Source: Octopus vulgaris (lineage: Eukaryota). Taken from it: a stretch of 64,000 bases of DNA. Positions 1 through 13,820 of this stretch are shown one piece after another. The translations under genes were made by a program, and so were the position numbers. Each line of letters begins with the position of its first letter. Position 1 is the first letter of the stretch. The notes below the pieces were generated by a model. It was given only the letters and a program-made list of their open reading frames with translations. It was not told the DNA's origin and ran no database searches. The stretch spans positions 28,272,001-28,336,000 of the forward strand of contig OX597814.1 of NCBI GenBank assembly GCA_951406725.2, in the 5' to 3' direction.

Positions 1-305
1 AACCTATTGCATGGATCGCGGACATAGACATTATACCAGAAACAGACAAAGAAAGAAGAAAAAAAACTGTATGCATTTTTTATAACACACTTGAAGCAAA
101 CAAAGAATGTCATCCTGAAAGACAAAATCAGGAACATCATTTAAGAGAAAGCCAAGCTGCTTAACATAGAAGAGATACTGATGCAGGGAAATATGCACTC
201 ATGAGAGAATCTCCACCCAAACAAACACTATGCACAACTTGTTAGTGTTGAGAAAAGTCATAGTTTAATAACCCGGCTGAGATACAAGGATATAGTTAAA
301 CACAA

Positions 306-539
306 TAAGGCGGCGAGCTGGCAGAAACGTTAGCACGCCGGGCGAAATGCGTAGCCGTACTTCGTCTGCCGCTACGTTCTGAGTTCAAATTCCGCCGAGG
401 TTGACTTTGCCTTTCATCCTTTCGGGGTCGATAAATTAAGTACCATTTATGCACTGGGGTCGATATAATCGACTTAATCCGTTTGTTTGTCATTGTTTGT
501 CCTCTCTGTGTTTAGTCCCTTGTGGGTAGTAAAGAAATA
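306..539 (+). mobile_element. SINE family A (tRNA-like head, GCCTTTCATCCTTTCGGGGTCGATAAA core resembling the MetaSINE domain), monomer
   Basis: Near-identical to copies at 7531, 10988, 60799 and 62769; 17-bp TSD GATATAGTTAAACACAA at 289-305 and 540-556. Confidence 0.92.
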
Positions 540-939
540 GATATAGTTAAACACAACCTGAAGTGAATAAGCATTGACACCCACAGTGAATCGAGAGAAA
601 AATCTGTGCAGTAGAGCGATTCATTTTTTCACACTATGATTCGAGACTCAGAATAAGCACTGTTATATTGATATCGATGGGAAGCCAGTTCTGGTGACTA
701 ATACAAACACACATACATACATGCATACATACATACATAATACATACATACGTACGTACGAACATACATGCATACATACATCTGCATATGTGGGTGTATG
801 TATGTATTATGTGTACACACACACACACACACACACGTACACATATGATAATATATTTAAGTCAGTTTGTAATACCTGCGCTATGAAATGTAGACTAATG
901 CAAATATATTTTGTAATTCTTTTCGCACACAGAACAATG

Positions 940-1230
940 AAGGCGCATGGTTCAGTGGTTAGAGCGTCGGACTCAAAATCATGAGGTAGTGAATTCGATT
1001 CCCGGACCGGGCTGTGTGTTGTGTTCTTGAGCAAGACACTTTACTTCACGTTGCTCCAATTCACTTACCTGTAGAAATGAGTTGCGACGTACTGGTGCCA
1101 AGCTGTATCGGTCTTTGCCATTCTCTTGGTTTACATCGGTGGCGTGGAGACGGGAAGCTGGTATGCATGAGCGACTGCTGGTCTTCCATAAACAATCTTG
1201 TTCGGACTTGTGCCTAGGAAGGGGGGGGGC
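940..1230 (+). mobile_element. SINE family D (tRNA-derived head, CTTGAGCAAGACACTT core), diverged
   Basis: A-box-like TGGTTCAGTGG and B-box-like ATTCGATTCC; homologous to the minus-strand copy at 50972-51299. Confidence 0.8.
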
Positions 1231-1469
1231 TTTCCCTTTTTATTATAGAAAAATAAGGATACTGGCTTGACGTGTTCCATGGCTGGCTAACCACTCTTCG
1301 AAGGCGAAGCACTCCTGAAGACTTCTGCTCACAAAAAGAACTTCATATCAATTATTATCCGAATCCCTCTTAAACATGTATTAAACTGAAATGCCTACTC
1401 AAATTTGCATATAATGCAGTTAGAGCTCTGTCTGTAAAGTCTACGCTCTGAAAAGTAAAGGTATGGAAA

Positions 1470-1865
1470 TCTTTATATATAAAAGTCAAGTTGTGTGTCT
1501 GTCTCCTACGATTTAGATTCCTAACTACTCCCACATTTTGCGGTGCAGTTTAACCAAAACCGGGTATCTTATAGTCGTGATTCATATCGAGCCCTTCTGG
1601 GTATTAGCGCGCGTCTACGATGAGTCTACGATTTAAAAAAAAATTACCATAATTTTTTTCCATTTTAATGCATTTTTCGCTATTATATAAGGGAAGTAAC
1701 TCTCTAAAAATGTCTACGATGAGTCAACGATTTAAAAAAAAATTTACCATCGTTTTTTTTCCATTTTTAATGCATTTTTTTGCTATTTTTTAGCTATAAC
1801 TCTCTAAAAATGCTTATATAGTTATTTCCCTTACAAACCCGAGCAACGCTGGGCGATGCTGCTAG
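1470..1865 (+). mobile_element. Non-autonomous Helitron
   Basis: 5' TC, 3' CTAG, subterminal hairpin CCCGAGCAACGCTGGG, inserted between A and T; related copies at 16572, 32345 and 63878. Confidence 0.85.
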
Positions 1866-1917
1866 TACATCATAAAATTCAGGCGCAACATAGTTGTGTG
1901 GTTAGAAAGTTTCGCAA

Positions 1918-2255
1918 TTTTTACCTCCGTTTTCGCTAAGGCGGAAGTATTGCTTACAGTCGTGTTTGTTTGTTTGTCCGTGGACAAGATATCTCAAGAA
2001 TTGCTGGATGGATTCGGATGAAACTTTCAGGGATGTCTGGCCTCGTGACTGGTACCGGACAAGGATTCTGGATTATTTTTTCCTGCTTTTTTTACTTAGT
2101 TTTTGAGAGCGGTCGGGTTCATTTTTAGTATTCTCATTTGTGAGAACAGTTGAGTTTATTTCAGATATTCTCATTTTCAAAATCCTCTCTAGATAATCGT
2201 TGAGAGGACATTGGTGTTGGTTTGGCGGAGGTTTGCGCTCTCTGAGCGCTCTTGT
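1918..2255 (+). mobile_element. Helentron-associated (HINE/DINE-1-like) element nested in an old SINE-B
   Basis: Sub-terminal inverted repeats ACCTCCG/CGGAGGT, (GTTT)n tract, 3' hairpin GCGCTC-TCT-GAGCGC, T-run at the 5' end. Confidence 0.75.
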
Positions 2256-2385
2256 CGGTTTTATACTCAATCATAAAGCACAGGGATTTGGGTGTCTTCC
2301 TCCTTACGGCTGGGCCGACCAACTCCTTCTGTTCGGATTTGTCAAACGAAAACCGTGCAGAGGCTTCCTCTCTCTATTTATATAA

Positions 2386-2421
<36 letters not shown>

Positions 2422-2665
2422 GTACACACACACACACACGCACACACGTTTATACATGTGTGTGTGTGTGTGTGTACATCAGGCAATGTATGTATATAAG
2501 TTTTACAACGAAGCAGTAATAGAAAATAAATTTTACGTCAGTTTAAGTGTGTTTGCGACATAATATAAATTCTAAGGGCAATTTCACTGCAGTTTACCGC
2601 AGAGAAGAAAATTCTCTATGGTAAAAGATATAAATACGCCATCATTAGCAACTAACCTAAGCCTT

Positions 2666-3135
2666 ATGTATGTATGTATGTATGTATGTATGTATGTATG
2701 TATGTATGTATGTATGTATGTATGTATGTATGTATGTATGTTTGTACGTACGTATGTATGTATGTATGTATGTATGTATGTATGTATGTATGTACGTACG
2801 TATGTATGTATGTATGTATGTATGTATGTATGTATGTATGTACGTACGTATGTATGTATGTATGTATGTATGTATGTATGTACGTACGTATGTATGTATG
2901 TATGTATGTATGTATGTACGTACGTATGTATGTATGTATGTATGTATGTATGTATGTATGTATGTATGTATGTATGTATGTATGTATGTATGTATGTATG
3001 TATGTATGTATGTATGTATGTATGTATGTATGTATGTATGTATGTATGTATGTATGTATGTACGTACGTACGTATGTATGTATGTACGTACGTATGTATG
3101 TATGTATGTATGTATGTATGTATGTATGTATGTAT
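2666..3135. repeat. (TATG)n microsatellite of about 470 bp with TACG interruptions
   Basis: Direct inspection. Confidence 0.98.
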
Positions 3136-3558
3136 GGCGTGGCTATGTGGTAAAAAGTTTGCTTCCTAACTACATGGTTCCGGGTTCAGTCTCACTACGT
3201 GGTACCTTGGGCAAATGTCTTCTACTATTGCCTCGGGCCAACCAAGGGTTTGTGAGTGGATTTGGTAGACGGAAACTGAAAGAAGCCCGTCGAATATGTA
3301 TGTATTTATGTGTGTGTGTGTGTGTATTTGTGTCTGTGTTTGTCCCCACCACTACCACCACCATCACTTGACAACCGATGTTGGTATGCTTATATCCCCC
3401 GTAACTTAGCGGTTCGGCAAAAGAAACGGACAGAAAAAGTACCAGGCTTACAAAGAATAAGTCCTGGAGTTGAGTTCTTCGACTAAAACCCTTTAAGACG
3501 GTGCTCCAGCATGGCCGCAGTCAAATAACTAAAACGAGTAAAAAATAGACAATAAAAC
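3136..3558 (+). mobile_element. SINE family B (tRNA head, internal microsatellite, CR1-like tail)
   Basis: Matches many other copies in the window. Confidence 0.88.
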
Positions 3559-3574
3559 AATATATATATATATA

Positions 3575-3897
3575 CAGTAGCGGTCAAAATGTTTAGAACG
3601 GCATTGTTTTCGTCAGTAAAGTAGGTATAAGTTTTTATCAAAGTTGCTTTCTATTCTATAATTTTCACAGACAATAAATACGATATTATTTGTTATTGTC
3701 TGAGATTTTGGTGTAATTTGAGAGGATAATACAAAAGTTATGGATGATTTAGTGATTTACTGCAAAACCCATGGCGGCCAAAATGATCAGAACGGTTGAA
3801 AAAATAAGAAAATAATAAAAAATGACAGAGAATGCTGGAATTATTTCATATTTAGTGTGAAGCCCTTTAGCTTCAATCAAACTTTGACAGCTTCTTA
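3575..3897 (-). mobile_element. Tc1-like transposon right end with IR/DR-type terminus
   Basis: TA|CAGTAGCGGTCAAAATGTTTAGAACG terminus with inner repeat GCGGCCAAAATGATCAGAACG near 3775; minus strand reads RSCQSLIEAKGLHTKY, a typical Tc1 transposase C-terminus. Confidence 0.75.
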
Positions 3898-4171
3898 TGT
3901 ATGTAAGTATACATACATACACGTGTTGGCGAGGAACTGAAAGAAGTAGTACTCAACACCGCTGAGATGGATAAACACGTTTTTACTGGTTATCAGTAGC
4001 CGAATGCCGTAGGTCTCGTGCGAATTTCTTCGCAATGATGTTTAAGTAATACATGCAATTCTGCAATTTTAATGTCGTCATCTAAATGGCAGAGTTGTCA
4101 TCCGTTATTCAAAATCTAATTAAATAACTGCAAAGATATTTGTACAGAATATATGATGCCAGCCTAATGCG

Positions 4172-4530
<359 letters not shown>

Positions 4531-4645
4531 TATTTGTCTGTTGTCTTATCTACACCTCACTTTCTCTCTATTTCTTTCTCTTTCAATATGTGTGTGTGTG
4601 TATATATATATGTGTGTATCTACACACACGCACACACACACACGT

Positions 4646-4696
<51 letters not shown>

Positions 4697-4968
4697 TCAG
4701 TTACAAGGTTTCCTTAAGAGTCAAGTCACATCAACGTGTAAAGACGCCAAAACACCACGATGCAAAAACTCATAGAGCTCACGGTGAAATGAGACAACAC
4801 TATAGACTTCAAGTGCTTGCCGGATACCGTAGATATGCAAGAACAAAATCCAGTTTGTAATCATAGATCCAACAACTCACTAGCTGATCCTTGGTGTGAC
4901 GTGTCTATTAAATAGTTAATACCAATGGCATTTCAGATTTACACAACTATGTCCAGGTTGACGACTCT

Positions 4969-5253
4969 TCACTCTTCTACTCATTTATTTGTTTCAGTCA
5001 TTGGATTGAGGCCACGCTAGAGCACCGCCTGTATTCGAAACAAATCGACCCCAGGACTTATTCTTCGTGAGTTTGGTACTTATTCTATCGGTCTATCGGT
5101 GGCCTTTGCCGAACTGTTAAGTTACGGGGACGTAAATACACCAGCATCGGTTGTCAAGAGATGGTGGGGGAGGGACGAACGCACACACACACACACGCAC
5201 ACACACACGCACGCACACACACACGCACGCACACACACACGCTCACACACAAA

Positions 5254-5304
<51 letters not shown>

Positions 5305-5465
5305 CGGGCTTCTTTCAGTTTCCGTTTACCAAATCCACTCACAAGGCTTTGGTCTGTCCAAGGCTATAGTAGAAGACACTTGCTCAAGGTGCCACGCAGT
5401 AAGACTGAACCCGGACCCATGTAGTTGGTAAGCAAGCTATTTACCACACAGCCACTCCTACGCCT
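4969..5465 (-). mobile_element. SINE family B
   Basis: Reverse complement of the family B consensus. Confidence 0.88.
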
Positions 5466-5507
5466 GTTGGACTGTTTAAAATATTAATTTTGGTGGTGAT
5501 GGTGGAC

Positions 5508-5660
5508 TCTCTCTTTTCTCTTTTACTTGTTTCAGTCATGTGACTGTGGCCATGCTGGAGCACCGCCTTTAGTGGAGCAAATCGACCCCAGGACTTATTC
5601 TTTGTATGCCTAGTACTTATTCTATCGGTATCTTTTGCCGAACCGCTAAGTTACGGGGGA
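5508..5660 (-). mobile_element. SINE family B, 3' portion only
   Basis: Tail and 3' body match family B. Confidence 0.82.
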
Positions 5661-5716
5661 CTGTACATTTTGATATAACTTTTAAGATTACATCAAATAA
5701 AATTCTGTCGAAACAA

Positions 5717-5935
5717 CTCTCTTTTATCTCTTATCTTTTAATTGTTTGTCATTTGACTGCGGCCATGCTGGAGCACCGCCTTTAGTCGAGCAACTCGACC
5801 CCGGGACTTATTCTTTGTAAGCCTAGTACTTATTCTATCGGTCTCTTTTTGCCGAACCGCTAGGTGACGGGGACATAAACACACCAGCATCGGTTGTCAA
5901 GCAATGCTAAGGGGACATACACAGACACACAAACA

Positions 5936-6003
<68 letters not shown>

Positions 6004-6163
6004 TACGACGGGCTTCTTTCAGTTTCTGTCTACCAAATCCACTCACAAGGCTTTGGTCGGCCCGAGGCTATAGTAGAAGACACTTGCCCAAGGTGCCACG
6101 CAGTGGGACTGAACCCGGAACCATGTGGTTGGTAGGCAAGCTACTTACCACACAGCCACTCCT
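5717..6163 (-). mobile_element. SINE family B
   Basis: Full-length match. Confidence 0.9.
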
Positions 6164-6445
6164 GTCGTAAATTTTAAATGTCATTCGTGTTCAATATGTC
6201 GACGATGACCAAGGTGAGGCTGGAGAGAAGATGCCTGTCAAAGAAAATGTTCAAAGAAAGATGGTTGCATGTTGCGAGGGTGCTGGGAATGAAAGATTCC
6301 CCGTGAACATGTCATAAGTCTGCATACAGAGGTTCCAGTAGCAAAATGGGACTCGTGGGGGTCGGAGCGTTACCCATCTCTCTGCTTCATTTCATGTTTG
6401 CATTTTGTCCTTGTTGTATCTCATTCGATTTCATTCGATTTCATT

Positions 6446-6674
6446 ATACTTTACTTTTACTTTCACTTTTACTTGTTTCAGTCATTTGACTGCGGCCATG
6501 CTGGAGCACCGCCTTTAGTCGAGCAAATCGACCCCGGGACTTATTTTTTTGTAAGCCCAGTACTTATTCTATCGGTCTCTTTTTGCCGAACCGCTAAGTG
6601 ACGGGGACGTAAACACACCAGCATCGGTTGTCAAGCAATGCTAGGGGGACAAACACAGACACACAAACACACAC

Positions 6675-6717
<43 letters not shown>

Positions 6718-6889
6718 CATACATACGACAGGCTTCTTTCAGTTTCCGTCTACCAAATCCACTCACAAGGCTTTGGTCGGCCCGAGGCTACAGTAGAAGA
6801 CATTTGCTCAAGGTGCCACGCAGTGGGACTGAACCCGGACCCATGTAGTTGCTAAGCAAGCTATTTACCACACAGCCACTCCTACGCCT
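6446..6889 (-). mobile_element. SINE family B
   Basis: Full-length match. Confidence 0.9.
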
Positions 6890-6931
6890 GTTGGACTGTT
6901 TAAAATATTAATTTTGGTGGTGATGGTGGAC

Positions 6932-7143
6932 TCTCTCTTTTCTCTTTTACTTGTTTCAGTCATGTGACTGTAGCCATGCGGGAGCACCACCTTTAGTGGA
7001 GCAAATCGACCCCGGGACTTATTCTTTGTAAGCCCAGTACTTATTCTATCGGTCTCTTTTTGCCGAACCGCTAAGTGACGGGGACGTAAACACACCAGCA
7101 TCGGTTGTCAAGCAATGCTAGGGGGACAAACACAGACACACAA

Positions 7144-7181
<38 letters not shown>

Positions 7182-7347
7182 ACATACGACAGGCTTCTTT
7201 CAGTTTCCGTCTACCAAATCCACTCACAAGGCATTGGTCGGCCCGAGGCTACAGTAGAAGACATTTGCTCAAGATGCCACGCAGTGGGACTGAACCCGGA
7301 ACCATGTAGTTCATAAGCAAGCTGCTTACCACACAGCCACTCCTGCG
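6932..7347 (-). mobile_element. SINE family B
   Basis: Full-length match. Confidence 0.9.
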
Positions 7348-7530
7348 ACTATATTTTGTAAAATTTTAAAATTCATATAATCATTGTGTGTCTGAACCCC
7401 AATCAGGCTGTATTGTCCCCCTCCATGTTTGGGCCCTTGTGGTTAATAAAGAAACAGGATGACCAAGGCCATCACGCGGGAGGAGAAGACAGGGCACATA
7501 GAAAGAGACACAGGTACAAATATATGTCTG

Positions 7531-7949
7531 AAAGGCGGCGAGCTGGCAGAAACGTTAGCACGCCAGGCGAAATGCGTAGCTGTACTTCGTCTGTCGTTAC
7601 GTTCTGAGTTCAAATTCCGCCGAGGTCGACTTTGCCTTTCATCCTTTCGGGGTCGATAAATTAAGTACCAGTTACGCACTGGAGTCGATGTAATCGACTT
7701 AATCCCTTTGTCTGTCCTTGTTTGTCCCGTCTGTGTTTAGCCCCTTGTGGGTAATAAAGAAATACATATTTCGTCTGCCGTTACGTTCTGAGTTCAAATT
7801 CCGCCGAGGTCGACTTTGCTTTTCATCCTTTCGGGGTCGATAAATTAAGTACCAGTTTCGCACTGGGGTCGATGTAATCGACTTAATACCTATGTCTGTC
7901 CTTGTTTGTCCTCTCTGTGTTTAGCCCCTTGTGGGTAATAAAGAAATAG
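7531..7949 (+). mobile_element. SINE family A, head-to-tail dimer
   Basis: Second unit restarts at TATTTCGTCTGCC near 7767. Confidence 0.9.
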
Positions 7950-8057
7950 GTAAAAAGTGAGCGGCGTAATATACGCACGATCTAAAATAAATCGGTTTAG
8001 CTTTCAAATCAATGCCCCAGCGCGTTCGCAGTTCAATGACTTAATCAAAAGAGTCTG

Positions 8058-8201
<144 letters not shown>

Positions 8202-8284
8202 CAGATATATACATATGTATAGATATATGTTTAAGTGTGCGTGCGCGTGTGTGCGTGTGCGAGTATATATATATATGTGTGTAT

Positions 8285-8334
<50 letters not shown>

Positions 8335-8972
8335 AGAGAGAAAGAGAGAGATACATTCTGCTTGAAACGTCTTAGTTCTTTATTCTTCATTAATACCACG
8401 CCCTAGAGGAATGTAGAGAATGTGTCAACAGTCTGAAGCAGAAAGCTAGACGTTGTGAAACAACACACGTCTCGTGTCTGAACACATATCAAGATGAAGT
8501 GTTATCTTGCAGTTTTTATATACAAAACTAGTCAAGGATTACAGCATAATGATTACTGCAATTGTATTTATTATTGTAAACATAAACACACGGATATTAT
8601 ATACACAATTACATGCGTAAGCGAGCTATGTGTTTATGGTATGCTGAAACAGAAAACTATACGTATACACTTACCTACCTTCCTACCTTCCTACCTACCT
8701 ACCTACCTACCTACCTACCTACCTACCTACCTACCTACATACATACATACATACATACATACATACCTACATACATACATACATACATACATACATGCAT
8801 ACATACATACATACGCAGGTACATACATACATACATACATGCATGCATACACGCACACACACATATATGCACATAAATATCTATATAGGTATATAATATA
8901 TATTTATGCACATATCTGTATACTCAACTATCTTTCCGTATGTGTGTATATATATGTATATATATATATGTG

Positions 8973-9039
<67 letters not shown>

Positions 9040-9148
9040 AGTGTACTTCGCCGGGTTTATGTATTCTACAAATGCTATATATATATATAGATACATATAT
9101 ACATACATACGCATACACACACATTCACATATATATATATATATACAT

Positions 9149-9351
9149 GTGTTTATTGAGCGAAAACACCTAAAAGCTCCCCGAGGCTCTGGCAGGGGGT
9201 GGTGATCCCTGCTGTACTCTTTCACCACTCTTTCTTCTGTTGGCCTGCTCACTTAGCCAGCGGGGTGGCGTCATTCGAAGGCTAAAACAATGCAAACGCA
9301 TTGTGACCAGCGATGTGTAACTACATCTGATGGACTGGTCGGTCACGTGAT

Positions 9352-9358
<7 letters not shown>
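9149..9358 (+). mobile_element. 5'-truncated SINE with family C body and an alternative tail (tail F, ending TCACGTGATCACGTGA)
   Basis: 9149-9240 matches family C; 9241-9358 matches 20750-20885 and 37180-37282. Confidence 0.8.
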
Positions 9359-9403
<45 letters not shown>

Positions 9404-9405
<2 letters not shown>

Positions 9406-9828
9406 TTTCTTTTATTCATTTATTCTTCATTTGTTTCAGTCATTTAATTGTAGCCATGCTGGATTATTGCCTTTTGTCGAACAAATCGACTCCAGGACTT
9501 ATACATTGTAAGCCTATTACTTATTCTATCGCCCTGTTTTGCCGAACCGCTAAGTTACGGGGACGTAAACCAACTAACATCGGTTGTCAAGTGATGATGT
9601 GGGACAAGCACAAATACACAAACATATATATATATACACACATATATATATACACACACATATATATACACACACATATATATATATACACACATATATA
9701 TGGCGGGCTTCTTTCAGTTTCTCTCTACTAAATTCACTCACAAGGCTTTGGTCGACCCGTGGCTATAGTAGAAGACATTCACCCAAGGTGGGACTGAAAC
9801 CCGGAACCATGTGTTTGGGAAGCAAGCT
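9404..9828 (-). mobile_element. SINE family B, diverged
   Basis: Similarity to the family B consensus. Confidence 0.8.
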
Positions 9829-10104
9829 TATATATATAACGTGTTTGTAGGGAATATATACCCACGTAGGTGAGCGTGTGTGTGCGAGTGTGTCTGCGCG
9901 CCCGTGTGTGTCTGCGTGGATGTGTTTGTATATGTGTGTATGTGTGTGTGGTGTAACGGGCGTGTAAATGCATAGTTGAATTACAGGATCTGTTTCGTCA
10001 AATGTTTGTCTCTATTACATTGTCTAACGCTTGAGTCTATGAGCTGTACGACCCATAGGACACCATCAACACGACTATCGTTTGTCCACGTCACTCCGAC
10101 ATCC

Positions 10105-10204
10105 ACGACGACGACGACGACCACCACCACCACCACCACCACCACCACCACCACCACCACCACCACCACCACCACCACCACCACCACCACCACCACCACC
10201 ACCA
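10105..10204. repeat. (ACG)n-(ACC)n trinucleotide repeat
   Basis: Direct inspection. Confidence 0.97.
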
Positions 10205-10367
10205 AAAGCAAACAAACAAGCAAAAAATAACAACAGTAACAACAATGTGTAAAGACCTATTATCGCCGATAACAATGTCAGGCTCGCAAACAATAAATAC
10301 ATACCCCACCACCAGATCGATAATGCTGCTGTCGCCATAGTCATGGCCGTCTTGACTACCCCTAAAA

Positions 10368-10770
<403 letters not shown>

Positions 10771-10987
10771 ATGTCACATGTTAACACATTTATTTGCAAG
10801 TAAGTAACACTCTGTTTAAAATTTTTCTGGATTCGTAGGATTATGCTCTAGGTGGCTACTCCTTGAATAATTAGCACAATTGTCAACTGCTGCATCACCA
10901 TCGCTGGACTAGTCATTAAGTAAAATAAGCACGTGTTTAGGGCATCTAGGAAAGGGGGGCACCAAAGAAATGGTAAATGACTGTGGT

Positions 10988-11405
10988 GAGGCGGCGAGCT
11001 GGCAGAAACGTTAGCACGCCGGGCGAAATGCTTAGCGGTATTTCGTCTGCCGTTACGTTCTGAGTTCAAATTCCGCCGAGGTCGACTTTGCCTTTCATTC
11101 TTTCGGGGTCGATAAAATAAGTACCAGTTCCGCACTGGGATCGATGTAATCGGCTTGATCCATTTGTCTGTCCTTGTTTGTCCCCTCTATGTTTAGCCCC
11201 TTGTGGGTAATAAAGAAATAGGTATTTCGTCTGCCGTTACGTTCTGAGTTCAAATTCCGCCGAGGTCGACTTTGCCTTTCATCCTTTCGGGGTCGATTAA
11301 ATAAGTACCAGTTACGCACTGGGGTCGATGTAATCGACTTAATCCCTTTGTCTGTCCTTGTTTGTGCCTTCTATGTTTAACCCCTTGTGGGCAATAAAGA
11401 AATAA
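10988..11405 (+). mobile_element. SINE family A, head-to-tail dimer
   Basis: 184-bp period (GGTATTTCG at 11037 and 11221); AAGAAATGGTAAAT occurs on both flanks. Confidence 0.9.
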
Positions 11406-11449
11406 GAAATGGTAAATAGTTTAAGACACAAAATAAATCTCTTTAAACT

Positions 11450-11744
11450 TGCTAAAGTAATATTCGGGATGCCTTATCTCAACAAAGTATAGAAGCAGAC
11501 GTTTTACGTAAGATTAATTTCGAGAATCTGATCAAAGATTTTGCAATCACAAAAGATAAGAGAAAACTTTTTGAATATAAATAAAGCGGATGTATTCAAA
11601 AATAAACATTATTTCCCATCTTACGGTTAGTTTTGTTCCATTTTAAAAAAGAAGAATTTATTTTATGGTTTATTATTGTTTACATTTGGAGGCACCAAAA
11701 TCTTTTGAGTGCTTAGGGCCTCTATGAGTCTTAACCCGGCCCTG
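11450..11744 (+). mobile_element. hAT transposon 3' remnant
   Basis: Reads SIEADVLRKINFENLIKDFAITKDKRKLF, resembling the hAT C-terminal region; ends with CCGGCCCTG terminus. Confidence 0.65.
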
Positions 11745-12026
11745 TGCGTCACACTCACAAACATCAACCTCCATCACCACTATCACCATTATTATTATCA
11801 TGTACACCAGTAGTTCTGAGTTCTTTATTATTTTTTGTAGCACATTTTAAGTAGTTGTTATGCCTTATACCTACCTATGTGGTGAGTGAGGTACCACGAC
11901 TAAACTAACTTAACATGGATGATACATTATGAATTTTACCCTAAAAATAGATTGTTAAGCTTTTAACAGTGAAATGGTAAAAAAATTAATAAAGACAAAA
12001 GTTGTAAAGATACTTTATACATTGTG

Positions 12027-12552
<526 letters not shown>

Positions 12553-12604
12553 TTTTACTTATTTCATATATATAGCTATATATATGCTGATGCACCGCCG
12601 TTTG

Positions 12605-12636
<32 letters not shown>

Positions 12637-12638
<2 letters not shown>

Positions 12639-13405
12639 TGAGAAAGTTGGTGTGTGAAAGCACGTGGTTGAATATATAGAAAATAGTATAAAAAGTGAAA
12701 AAACTACAGAAGGCTTATTTTAAAAGGTTAAAAAATATATATTTGAGTCATTATGTCAGAAGAATGTTATAAATTTTTTCATACAATGACATAGTTTTTG
12801 AAGAAATGACCGGTTTCGCGTTCAGCTTTTCAAATTTCTTACATCGTTATGTTTTTGTTGAGAAGTGTAAAGAAGTGTTCCAGATAAGGGGAGGTAATAA
12901 GTGATTTCTTCCGGTGTAAGGGAGATAATCGCTTAATATTTCTTGCCTTTTTTGGGGGGTGAGTTTCTCTGTATAAGAATGTTGGAATGGTTAAGTTTGG
13001 GCTTGTATTTTTCAATGAAGAATGTTTCCTAATTTGTGTCTAATTTGTGTTGGTGTTCTGATAGCACATTGGTAAAATGGAAAGATTAAAAATTGTGGTA
13101 GCAGTTGCTTTGCGCATTTCTCAATGTGCACACTAAAGAGTATCATTCTGTATTCTAGGAATGCAATCTGTTGTCGATGCAGTGTGCATCTACGTCTGAG
13201 TGATGGTCCCGTGGACCCCACGTAGTTTTGGTGGCAGTCCGAGCATCTTATGACATAAATTATGTTTTCAGAGGCACAAGTAAAATTAGATTTGATCTTG
13301 AATTTCTGTCCCTCTTTGAAGAGGAATTCTGATCCTTCTAGCAGGTTTGTCATTGTATGAAAAAAAATTTATAACATTCTTCTGATATAATGACTCAAAT
13401 ATATA
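12637..13405 (-). mobile_element. 5'-truncated Penelope-like element: GIY-YIG endonuclease remnant with inverted pLTR fragment
   Basis: ORF 13012-13353 reads NFTCASENIIYVIRCSDCHQNYVGST (GIY-YIG with CxxC); about 55-bp inverted repeat at 12737-12791 and 13349-13405. Confidence 0.85.
12801..12840 (-). ncRNA. Degenerate minimal hammerhead ribozyme in a Penelope pLTR
   Basis: Minus strand AAGAAAT-TTGAAAA-GCTGAACGC-GAAA-CCGG-TC-ATTTCTT; 7-bp stem I, palindromic stem III, core two transitions away from CTGAAGA. Confidence 0.6.
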
Positions 13406-13410
13406 TTACT

Positions 13411-13820
13411 CTTCTACTCTTTTACTTGTTTCAGTCATTTGACTGCGGCCATACTGGAGCACCGCTTTTAATCGAGCAACTCGACCCCGGGACTTATTCT
13501 TTTGTAAGCCCAGTACTTATTCTATCGGTCTCTTTTGCCGAACCGTTAAGTAACGGGGACATAAACACACCAGCATCCGTTGTCAAGCAATGCTAGGGGG
13601 ACAAACGCACAAACACACACACACGCATATATATATATATATATACATATATACGACGGGCTTCTTTCAGTTTCCGTCTACCAAATCCACTCACAAGGCA
13701 TTGGTCGGCCCGTGGCTATAGTAGAAGACACTTGCCCAAGGTTCCACGCAGTGGGACTGAACGTGGAACCATGTGGTTGATTAGCAAGCTACTTACCACA
13801 CAGCCACCCCTGCGCCTTAC
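13411..13820 (-). mobile_element. SINE family B
   Basis: Full-length; TSD TATATTACT at 13402-13410 and 13821-13829. Confidence 0.9.

Noticed and set aside
1-290. Possible LINE C-terminal remnants here and at about 4700-4860, 6190-6390 and 54140-54360
   Set aside because: The motif resemblance is too weak to call without a profile search.
296-493. Recurring ORF WYLIYRPRKDERQSRPRRNLNSER, and [21 protein letters not shown] in family B
   Set aside because: These are readings of SINE copies, not genes.
2618-3371. Long ORFs of MYVC/YI/HT/CV repeats here and at 8.5k, 25.6k, 33.3k and elsewhere
   Set aside because: They are translations of stop-free microsatellites with no protein signal.
10075-10344. 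Hydrophobic N-terminus plus poly-Gly/Arg ORF resembling a secreted peptide
   Set aside because: The poly-Gly comes from the (ACC)n microsatellite and the rest is low-complexity; there is no splice or homology support.
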